A stretch of DNA of 64,000 nucleotides, from NCBI GenBank assembly GCA_965655095.1, contig OZ296651.1, positions 53,754,001 through 53,818,000 on the forward strand, in the 5' to 3' direction. The position numbers were made by a program, and so were the translations under genes. The notes beneath the pieces were generated by a model, which searched no databases, had not been told where the DNA came from, and worked only from the letters and a program-made list of their open reading frames with translations. Source of the DNA: Haplodiscus bocki (taxonomy: Eukaryota). Position 1 is the stretch's first letter. Each line of letters starts with the position of its first letter. Positions 1 through 10,026 of the stretch are shown piece by piece.

Positions 1-100
1 AAACTACCGAATTTTTCTCGAAATCGCACAATTCAGACAACCGATCATTGTAATCAGAAGCAAACAGAAGACAAGAACTTACACTGGCGATATTGTACCC

Positions 101-3100
101 ATGATTGGACACACTACTCTATCTTTCAGCTTTGATTCAGACGGAGAACATCAATTTGAACTACGAATATGGATTACAGAGACACAGACCTCAAACCTAC
201 TCGGAATCGAATTTTGCCGACAATACATTTCGAAACTGCTTTTCGAAATACCCGTCATAGAACTCAAAAACACGGCGAATGCTATCTGCTATGGTAACAT
301 GTGTTCAACAAAACCCTACCCATTCGTTTCCAAAATGCAAACTATCAGAACTCCCCATCAGATCCACATCGATGCCAAAACTTCCAGAGTCTGGAAATAT
401 TCATCAGAAGACAAGTCAAAGAATTTTCCCCCAGGAACCACCTTTGTTCCTCATCGGCACTCAGTTAAATCAGGACTAGACTGTGTTAACGTACTAAGCA
501 CCCAATCCGAAAATTATCTTCCCATTTTGATGGAAAATTACAGAAACCACCAAATAACTCTGAACAAAGAAGTCATTGAATATTCTTCATTCGATATCTC
601 CGACCGTGATCGACCCAAATATCAGATCAGAGACTGTGTTCAGATGGTCAACTCAATTCTAACAGAAAATGATCAGTATAACGAATGTTTTCTTCTTCAC
701 TCCACAGTTCCATGCGAACCTGACATACAAGATAGAATACAAATACTGAACGGGAACGACGAGAAAATTTTCCAAGCCAACACCGCCATCGCCCATTGCA
801 TTTCAGCCGATGCTAAGATGAGTAAAGGATTTGCAGAAACAATCTGCCGTAGAGTAAACGGACTCCAAGAATTTTGCCGAAAAACCAAACCAAATGTAGG
901 CTCAATTATCCCCTACTGGGATCCAGAATCCAATAACTTCATCTACAACCTAGTAACCAAATCGAAATTCTTTGAAAAACCCACGTTAGACAACCTCCGA
1001 ATCTCACTCGAGAACATGAGAGGACATGCTCTACTGAACAACATCACTAAAATTTCAATGCCAAAGATCGGATGCGGACTAGACAAACTCCAGTGGACCG
1101 ATGTTTTCAAACTCATACAAGATACCTTCACATACTCTGGGATTCAGATCCAGATAATTACCAAACGAGAAACAGACTCCCTAAGAAGAAACCCATCATC
1201 CAACAACGAGCGCTATGTAGAAGACGAAGTAGAAAGTTACACAAACGAATGGACCAAAGAACGAGACGAATTGGAAACTGACTTTACCAAAGACTCAAAA
1301 TCTTGCCAACCACCATGCACCGAACAATTTCCTATCTTGAGATCAAAACAACTCAATGATGACCTGATCAACTATTACCTCCAATACCAATCGGAGGATA
1401 TCATGAACCTTATTAAACAATTTGATTTCCGATACACCGACCTAGAAGAAGAAGAACTAGTCACTCTCATTGATATGATCATAGATTCCAGAGAGGTATA
1501 CTCTGAACACAAATTCGACATTGGCCAGACGAAACAGAAATTCCATGTCACCTTGAAACCCATTTCAGAGCTCAGAAAGCAGCGACCTAGCAAATGCCCC
1601 CTTCACCTCAAAGACAAACTAGAAAAACTACTTGGACAACTCCAAGACTCCAGTATCATCCGAGAAATGGGTGATGATGATGAACTAGGATCACTTTTCG
1701 TTAACCCCATCTTACTTCTACCGAAAGCAGATTATGTTAAACTAGTCATCGACGCTAGATACTTGAACTCCATTACCGATCTAACTAAGTATTCATGGCC
1801 ACTAGAACCAGTTCAGATGATTATGAAAAGGATCAATGGCAAATATTTTACAGCAAGCGATCTCTCATGCGCCTATCACCAAGTCCCTCTATCTCCTGAG
1901 AGACAGAAGTTGACAAGTTTCGTAATAGGAGGAAAACAATACACCTATCAAGTTGGATTCTATGGACTTTGTGGTCTACCCCAATGGTTCAGCCGGATGA
2001 TGGCTATCAACTTCGAACCCCTCATCAAGAAGAAGAAAGCTATAACCTACCTTGATGACAACCTACTCCAATCCCACACCAAAGCGGAAATGTTCACAAT
2101 CATTCATGAATACCATCAACTCCTTCGTAAAGGAGGACTTAAAGTAGCCCCGCATAAAACTCATTTCTTCTTCAGGAAAGTAAAATTTCTCGGCCATGTC
2201 ATTTCCGAACAAGGGATTCAACCAGTCGCAAAAAGAGTAAAAGACCTACAGAATCTGAAATCTCCTGAGAGCAAAAGGGATGTAATGAAAGTTCTTGGAT
2301 GCCTAGGCTTTTATAGCTGTTACATCAAGAACCTCCACGTCGATAGTCAACCTTTCTACGAATTGATCAAAGATACTACTCCTTTTAGATGGACCGATCA
2401 GCATGAAGCACTTTTCAAAGAAATCAAAACCAGAATCTCCGAAGACACTATATTGGCAGTACCCTCAACCGAGTACCACTTCTACATACACGTTGACTCT
2501 TCTAACATCGGAACCGGTTGCATACTAGTCTAACAGTTTCCCGAAGGAAAGAGAATTGTCTCATTCAACTCTAGAGTTTTCGACAACGCCGAACAGAAAA
2601 TGTCTACCCTCCATCGAGAATTATGCGGAATAGTATCTGCACTACAAACTTACGAACATTCTATCATTGGATCACCCTTTCCGATCTATCTCTACTGTGA
2701 TCACAAACCCATCCTCTATCTCTGGGGACGAGAAGGACAACTTTCCCATCGATTTTTCAAAGATCAAGTTATCATCACTAAGTTCCACAACCTCAAAATC
2801 ATATGGACGCCCGGATCCAACCTTGCCTTTCCTGACATCCTCACTAGGAACGTGACGTTATCAGAGCCAAACAAACTACAGCCTCAACACAAAGAAATTC
2901 CACACGATATATCGTTCTACGATCAGGACGGACTCAAAGTCCACTACACCATCAAGCACGAAGAAGAACAAAACGCATCTTATAACGACTTTTACCCTAT
3001 CATCTGCCAACAAGGCAACACAAGAAAGACTCTCAGACTTAAAAACGATGGAAATGAACATCATGTTGAAAATTACCTTGAAGATAACGAAGTTCTAGCC

Positions 3101-5382
3101 ACCATGCAAGACATGACCGATTGCTTTAAACTCGGAAAGACAATTAACCAATACAAACAACTTTGCTCCAGCATTAGTCCAGCATCAAGCACCTCTAGTC
3201 TTAATGAACACGACTACAGTGATATTGAACAGTACGATGAAGAATCAACAGATGACGAAATCGAACTAGCAGAACTCCACTTTGAAAGTCAAGACCCTGA
3301 TTTTTGCCGAGATAACTCTGTAGCTCACGAATTGTTCCGTACGAAAACAACAGACAAACCAATTCGAAAAAAACCGACTTGTTTCGAACTATTTCCTCAC
3401 GTAGACACTCCTGATCTGATTCAAAAACTCAGTGATTTTTCTCGTGACGCTGACTTAGACATACAAACACTTTTAGAAGAACAACTCAACGATCCTGTAC
3501 TACAAGTTGTTCGCAAATGGATCAAAACCTCCGATACAAGACCTCAGAAACACCAGACCTTAACCAGTCTAAAGCCCTGTTATCATATTACAGGTTCGAA
3601 CAACTCTTCATCGAACCCGACACTAACCTCCTCTGCTACAAAGAACCAATCCATGACACTTACAAAACTGAGATGAAAATTTGTGTTCCCTTATCTCTCT
3701 TCCTACCCCTTTTCTTTCTAGCCCACACTCACAGCCATAGTGGCCACCCAGGAATATTCAAAACCTTCGAAAATATTAGACAATACTTCTTTTGGCCAGG
3801 ACGATACAAGTGGATAGTATACCTAATAGAAGATTGCATCGAATGCCAAACTAATAAAACGAAAAGACACGACCTACACGAAGCACCATTGGAACAATGG
3901 GGAGAACTAGAAACAACACCTTTCAAGACAATACATATCGAGCATAAAGGACCACTTCGCAGTAACTCCAACACTCATTGTCTTGTCGTAGTGGACGCGT
4001 TTTCGCGGTTTATTGGAGCCTACCCAGTTAGAGACACCGGAGCTCAAACGACCATCAACGCACTAGAAAAATGGATCACATCATATGGTATACCCCAGAA
4101 AATTGTTCATGATAACGGTTCAGCCTTCATAAACAGTGACTTCATTAACTGGACTAAAGAATTCGGAATAACCCTCGCCCCTCGCGCTACCTACTCTCCA
4201 TGGACTAACGGCAAAGTCGAAGTACAAAACCAGCACCTCACTAGATACTGGCGAAATTTCATGAATCAATCTGGAAACAATTGGTCAAAACTTACATCCA
4301 AATTTGCATTCGAATATAACACTAGTGTAAACTATACAACTGGTCAGACGCCTTACGAGATCGTTTTCGGAACGAAACCTTAGGTTCCTATGACTCTTAA
4401 ACTTGGACTACTACGAGATAAAGACAAACAATGCAAATCCGAATTCTGTGATGGACTCCAATCTCATACGCACAGCGAAAACAGCCTGCCGAATACTTTT
4501 ATTAACCGACTACTTCGACCGCAGCTCTCAGACGAACTACTGAAGCGAGAAAATGAATTTAAACGAATTTACTCGTCAACCTATCAGAGATGTGGCCAAA
4601 TTACGTCAAAAGCACACGAGCACCGAAACTGATATAAACTCGGACGAACTATCAGCACTGGACAAAAAGTCTTCTTAGAAAACCACGCGCAAGACCTCTC
4701 GAGGTCTCACAAACTGAAACAACTACGAGTCGGACCGTTTACAGTAACAAAACAAATCACGAATACGACGTACGAAATACGAGAAGACGCAAATCCCGAC
4801 AATGTCAAGACTACGCACAGAAATCACCTAATAGAGTTTTTCCCGAAAGAAGAACGACTCCGTCCGCTTTTTACTAACTATGCCGTCATATCTAGAGACT
4901 CCGATTTCTACAAGCATTTAGTCAACTCGCAAATTGAACAAAATAACTCTGGTGAAGAAAAACACTCCCTTGACGTAATGCCTTTTGCTATAACGCCCAT
5001 TCAAAACAATTCAGATAGTCAACAAAAAGATGATATCGAATTTTCGCTTAGAGCAGACTGTGGAATACATTCGCCTGCTAGTTCATTGCAACAATCACCT
5101 AGAAGCCAAAAATCGAGCCCTTACGAAAATAGAGCATTGTTTCCCCTACCTGAATTTCAATCACAAAATCTGCCCATGACTCCTATGCCCAGACAACCGC
5201 ACGATCTACAAAATACAATACGCGATTCCCAACGTTCGATTTCAAATACCCCACCAAATTCAACTAATTCTACTGATAAAGGCAAAATAGCACATTTCGC
5301 GACAAAAGTCAAAGAAAAGTATAGAAGAAATGATCCTAACAGGTCACTCAGAAGACTAGAAAGAAAGGGATACAAAGACTAA
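101..5382 (+). pseudogene. pol: Disrupted pol polyprotein (protease C-terminal part, macrodomain, RT, RNase H, integrase)
   Basis: RT motifs LVIDARYLN, DLSCAYHQ, YLDD, FLGH. RNase H VDSS, RELCGI, YCDHKP. Integrase HHCC (AHTHSHSGHPG...CIEC), HDNG, NGKVE, GPF. Lesions: TAA 2531-2533, frameshift near 3540-3590, TAG 4381-4383, TGA 4630-4632. Confidence 0.95.
733..1165 (+). other. Macrodomain of the TARG1/OARD1 (Poa1p-like) class, in frame within pol between protease and RT
   Basis: Signature motifs IAHCISADAKMSKGFA, IYNLVTKSKFFEKPT and ISMPKIGCGLDKLQWTDVFKLIQDTF. Confidence 0.9.
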
Positions 5383-5427
5383 AACATTTAATTAACTATT
5401 TACAATATATACAAATCTACTCATCGT

Positions 5428-5919
5428 CTATTTCAATATGGCCCCCGGCTCAGCCAAATGATTTATAATGTCCCGATATTCAAAGGTTTCTTCCCACCTT
5501 TGAATGATCTGCCTTTTGCCGATGTAGCCCAGCATCTCGTAACCCTGCTGGACTGACTCAAGTTTGTGCCACAGCACGTCTCCGTAAGGGGCAACAAAAT
5601 TGGCTAACCACTGAAACAGAACATTATCATTGTAAATCAAACAACATCAACTACCAAAAGAACCAGAACCTTAATGCCACAACTCAAAGAACATCAACTA
5701 AAAGCAACTTGAAGAAACTAAGAGATCACTAATACTTACATCATCCCCGGCGACGACCTCCAGAACTGTGACGAACGATTGAGAGAAACTCATTCGCACC
5801 ATAGCGTCCCGATTAAATAGAGGCATCCTCAACTCCCGGATAATCCCATGTAGTCTAGCCATCTCCCTCGGGCACAAGAAGGCTGCCCACACTTCGCCAT
5901 CGGGAGTCCTATCGGCCAT
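5428..5919 (-). CDS. Predicted spliced antisense accessory gene, 120 aa, unknown function (coding exons 5919-5740 and 5610-5428)
   Basis: GTAAGT donor at 5739 and TTCTGTTTCAG acceptor at 5611 join two short ORFs in frame (VAGDD|WLANF). A further 5'-UTR intron is predicted at 6192-5966. Confidence 0.6.
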
Positions 5920-6272
5920 AATCGAAGAAGACAATAAAATGAAGATAAGAAATCAAAGAAAAGAGCTGAAACACAAGAAAATATGAAATTTCACTTTCAG
6001 GCACCCCCAATGCTAGTTAAAAAATTTTCCCAGACAACAAGTTTCCCGATACATTCTTTTATCATGCTATGCTGATTTCCTTCCCGAACTCCCAAACCAA
6101 ACTTTTCAAAAAATTTAGTTCAACGCCGGTGGGTCTACTCAGTAGTAGAAACAACTTCGTACGTAGTAAAGATAAAGAAATCAGAAACTTACCGTGAATA
6201 ATTCTGGAGGCAGACTGACAAACCCAAAAGAAGAAATATCTTAAAGAAAGAATCCCATCTGTTATACGAAAC

Positions 6273-6306
6273 AACTGACGACAAAACAAGAAGCCTTTGT
6301 CTTATA
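6273..6306 (-). promoter_or_regulatory. Antisense core promoter: TATA box plus initiator
   Basis: TATAAG starts at 6306 and a TCAGTT initiator has its +1 A at 6276, 30 nt apart; followed by a GTAAGT donor at 6192. Confidence 0.55.
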
Positions 6307-6376
6307 CACCCTTTGTTCAACTAGTCTTTTGTCCCACGAACCTTCTTTCTACCCCAACTAGTAAACAAGTCTCTGC

Positions 6377-6568
6377 CTATTGTTCTAACCCTCTATAGTT
6401 CAATGCTTCTATTGTTCTACTCACCTATTGTTCTACACCCTTATTGTTCAACACTTCTATTGTTCAAACCCCCTATTGTCCTAACCTCCCATTGTTCTAA
6501 CTTTCTATTGTTTCACCGTTCTATTGTCTAACCCGTCTTTTGTCCCGCTTACCTATTGTCAAATCCCT
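6377..6568. repeat. 12-unit 16-bp minisatellite with CTATTGTY core (SOX/HMG-box-like sites)
   Basis: Core starts at 6377, 6393, 6409, 6425, 6441, 6457, 6473, 6489, 6505, 6521, 6537 and 6553; spacers divergent. Confidence 0.85.
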
Positions 6569-6935
6569 CAACTATGCTACTGCCTTTGATAAACAATCTT
6601 TTGTCTTTTGTGCTAACACCTCCTGATCCAGCGCCAACCCACATTCCAGAATTCAAGTAAACAATGAATTGACATAAACAAAAATGAAGAACTGATCGTG
6701 CTCAATCATGTCCTACCTAATGAAAATCACAGAACCAAAAAACAAATTTTGCAAAGTCATGCATTTCACGCCTTACAATGATTTTCAGTTGCATGCCTAA
6801 CATAGAAGAAAACCCAAGAAATCTGATCAACTGGTATATCCTTCTCATAGAACCACAGAACTACCTTCACAGAAGACAACATTTTGCCAGAGACCAAAAC
6901 CCACCAAACCAAACAAAGTTGCAGAAACAACTATC

Positions 6936-7175
6936 TTGATGTATTTTAAAATCAATAACACAATCGTTGAGATATTCCAATTTGAAAAGAAAGAACCACA
7001 TTGCATTCTCCGACATACACGAAACCCCCAGACTAGGGAAAAGAAGATATTTGCCATCACAGAAGGAACTCTATACTTTCCATTTTTCGAGACTGTATTC
7101 AAGCTTCCACATGCCATCCCTTCCAATCTACACCTAGCCGAACTAACAACCATAACTAATCACAATGATGTTTGA
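6936..7175 (+). CDS. Small ORF or fragment of unknown function inside element A
   Basis: 79-aa ORF with the same A/C-rich composition as the element's coding strand; no recognised domain. Confidence 0.3.
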   Translation: MMYFKINNTIVEIFQFEKKEPHCILRHTRNPQTREKKIFAITEGTLYFPFFETVFKLPHAIPSNLHLAELTTITNHNDV

Positions 7176-7566
7176 TCTTAACGAAGATATTTATGACGAA
7201 AATAAAATTGAAGAAATTGAACTCAACTGCCCATGGACTATAACCGTACCCTCAGGAGCAAGCCATGACTTTATGATAACAAAACTCAGATGGTCATTTG
7301 ATCACCCATTTTGGCTAACAGCTAATATCTACCCTATTGAAAACCCCGCTAAACCAATAGTCCTTGATATTAAAAGAGAAACCCTTGCCTTCGCAAAACT
7401 TTTCATCACTCTGACTCTCTACAAACGATATCCTGAACCGCATCTCACTCAACACGATATTCACACTCTACGAGAACTAATGGAGAATGCAGAATTTCAC
7501 ATGGGATCTCACACAAGCTACTATATAGAAGAAATAAAGAAGATAATTCAGAATCAATCCAACTGA
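7165..7566 (+). CDS. Accessory ORF, 133 aa, unknown function
   Basis: Open ORF between pol and env with a globular-looking sequence; no recognised domain. Confidence 0.5.
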   Translation: MMFDLNEDIYDENKIEEIELNCPWTITVPSGASHDFMITKLRWSFDHPFWLTANIYPIENPAKPIVLDIKRETLAFAKLFITLTLYKRYPEPHLTQHDIHTLRELMENAEFHMGSHTSYYIEEIKKIIQNQSN

Positions 7567-7577
7567 AAGTCGTCATT

Positions 7578-7852
7578 GCTGATGGTGTCAGCTTGTGTTT
7601 CTTATAGCTAGTGGTGCTAGCTCAATATACTTTACACTGGTGGTGCCAGTGATGTTCGTTACTCCTTTCATTTCAGGTGCATTTACTTTTCTTAGCTAGT
7701 GGTGCTAGCTCAATATCTATTCCACTGGTGGTGCCAGTGACGTTCAGTAATCTTTTCTTTTCAGGTGCATTTACTTTTCTTAGCTAGTGGTGCTAGCTCA
7801 TTATTCTTTCCCTTGGTGGTGCCAGTGATGTTTGTTAACAGTTTCTTTTCAG
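7578..7852 (+). repeat. 88-bp tandem repeat (3 copies) forming TGGTG-loop hairpins, each unit ending in a splice-acceptor-like tract
   Basis: AGCTAG-tggtg-CTAGCT at 7606, 7694, 7782; CACTGG-tggtg-CCAGTG at 7635, 7723 and degenerate at 7811; GCTGA-tggtg-TCAGC at 7578; pyrimidine tract + TTTCAG ending 7676, 7764, 7852. Confidence 0.85.
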
Positions 7853-7934
7853 ATACAAAATAAAATTCTCTCTCAGACGTCTTACTTATACCTTCCTTTT
7901 CAACAGTAACCAATTTTCATTTCAGCAATTTGTT

Positions 7935-8033
7935 CCGGCTTAAACGTGCCGAAGAGTGTCTTCCCGGTTTAGAGTACCGATGTGTCCCGGCTTAAACGTG
8001 CCGAAGAGTGTCTTTCCGGCTTAAAAGCGCCGA
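7935..8033 (+). repeat. Four short CGGY-loop-RCCG hairpin repeats
   Basis: ccggcttaaacgtgccga (x2), ccggtttagagtaccga, ccggcttaaaagcgccga. Confidence 0.65.
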
Positions 8034-8275
8034 CGTGTTTTTCAATTTTTGGCTACAGTCATCTCCCTGGCCAATACTTTCGACTTCAATTCTTTTTAGC
8101 ACCTTGACCAATCATTGTCATAACCTTTCAGTTTCTATGCACCAAAACTCTATATTGCCAAAGAGCTTCAATACAGACCTTCTTCTTCATCCGGTTAGCG
8201 AGTTGCTACTTTCTATTCATTTGGTAACATTTTTCTATTTTAGCTAAAATCGGAGTACCGTTTTCATTTGTGATA

Positions 8276-9616
8276 ATGAATAGTGAAAAGATGGCTATCT
8301 TAGAATGTATTGTATTTCTCTTGATACTAAATGTTTCTATATGTGACAAATACGAACCCAAACTTGACGACATTGCACCTTCTGTTCAAGTATCCCACTA
8401 TGATTGCGGCGAGATGACGGAAAACAACCTCTATTCACTGAACGAAGTTAAACCTTGCAATATGGCACCTCAGAATATTCAGATGAACGATGTGAAACTT
8501 ACTATGTATACCAAACACTTCCGAACTGAGATCAATGCTACAATTTGCCGAATCAAGCACCAGAGAAACAAATTTGATTGCGGGATGCATGATCAGACTA
8601 TTATGGACATTGAACAACCTCAGATAACAAGCGATATAGACCTGACCCCTGAACAATGCAAACAAGCCTCCAAGGGACGATCACTTACTCTATTTGACCG
8701 CAAACTGACTTTTGAATAGGGCAAGAAAGAAATTCATCATAAAATTATTGCAGATAAAGATGATGACAACCGTAACGAATGTGATGGTTACGAATGGATA
8801 ACCAGAGATACTTTTGAAAGTCATATACAAGATATCACTCTGAAAGTAAGAATTAAAGATGGCAAGATATTCAACAGAAATGACCAACTACTACCTTGTG
8901 ATTTGGACGAACTTGGATGCGAAAGCACCTCACTGGACCCATATGCTTATACGTGGAAAGCCCCCGAAAATTGTATCTTATCAGTACTAAAAGAAGACTA
9001 TGCACATATGCTAAAGAATGATAACCACTACTACATAGTCAGTCAGAACACTTCAAAAAACAAATATCTCTTTGAGGTAAAGAATCACCCTCAACATCTT
9101 TGCAACAAACCAACCGCAGTCTACCCAACTACATACGACTCAATGTATGTTGCTATCCACTATGGTGGATTTGATATGAAAACTGGACCAAAACTCAACG
9201 AACTTGGACCCCACCTTTTACAATATCAGAAAAACGCCTTCCTATCGAAACCTGGAAACCTCTACGTCTATAGCCCTCAACCCAAACCAGCGGATCCATA
9301 TTTTAATACATGGTTAAATATGGACTACGAACTACAACAAGGTACAAAGCTTGACTACCTTTTCTTTGAGAGTTCCAGAGCACTACAGGCATCCGAACTA
9401 AATCTACTAAAGAACCAATGTGAACAGGAAAGAATCCAAATTTTTACTATCTTGATGCTATCTCTTGAAAACCCCAGACTCGCTGGATACATGCTTACTG
9501 GAAACAGATCAATGTTCTTGGAGACAGATGGAAGCCTAGCCTGGCTCTACTCCTGCCCTCAACATTATGAGCCAAGAAGGTTACCCCTTCTCCGACCTAG
9601 ATTTTCTTCTATCTAA
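8276..9616 (+). pseudogene. env: env-like viral glycoprotein (chuvirus-G / class III fusogen-like), premature stop and C-terminally truncated
   Basis: Signal peptide MAILECIVFLLILNVSIC; Cys pattern HYDC...KPC...TICR, CESTSLDPYAYTW, HLCNKP..YPT, KLDYL, QCEQER, WLYSC; sequons NAT, NTS, NRS. ORFs 8270-8719 and 8903-9616 are one frame split by TAG 8717-8719. No TM anchor left. Family assignment is by eye. Confidence 0.7.
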
Positions 9617-10025
9617 AGACAACTTCAAAGAGGACGACCTTTTGCAGCTCCCAGAACTACTACCTGAAGAATCAATAACCCCTTCTAACCATACCTCCAT
9701 CACTCACGAACTCGAGGATCTCTCCCTTACACCCACTGACGAACCCACCATTGCCCTAAACATTAGACCCAGGAAACGAAAATCAACTACCCCCTCACGA
9801 CAATTGTTTCATAAACAGAAGAAAAGCGAAGAAGCTACTTCCAAATATACTGCTACCCAAAACCCTCAGTTCCAATTTAATCTGACCTACAAAATTAAAG
9901 AAAATATAAATCAGTGGAGAATAGTATTTTGGGACTCCAAACGACAAGAGTTCACCCTAGAAAACCCATCACTAAACTACCAACGATTATCTGTACCCCT
10001 TAGATCGATTTCAGCATTCTGCTAA
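9567..10025 (+). CDS. Accessory ORF, 152 aa, acidic/Pro-rich N-terminus with basic NLS-like RPRKRKS
   Basis: Open ORF whose stop lies immediately before the TRAF-like ORF; no recognised domain. Confidence 0.55.
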   Translation: MSQEGYPFSDLDFLLSKDNFKEDDLLQLPELLPEESITPSNHTSITHELEDLSLTPTDEPTIALNIRPRKRKSTTPSRQLFHKQKKSEEATSKYTATQNPQFQFNLTYKIKENINQWRIVFWDSKRQEFTLENPSLNYQRLSVPLRSISAFC

Positions 10026-10026
10026 C

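Noticed and set aside
2531-2533. Programmed readthrough at in-frame stops in pol/env (also 4381, 4630, 8717, 17549)
   Set aside because: Stops fall inside conserved domains and are single-base changes from sense codons (CAA, CAG, CGA, AAG); decay is the simpler explanation
6377-7852. CRISPR-like appearance of the regularly spaced repeats
   Set aside because: Eukaryotic retroelement context, no cas genes, spacers too short or themselves repeated
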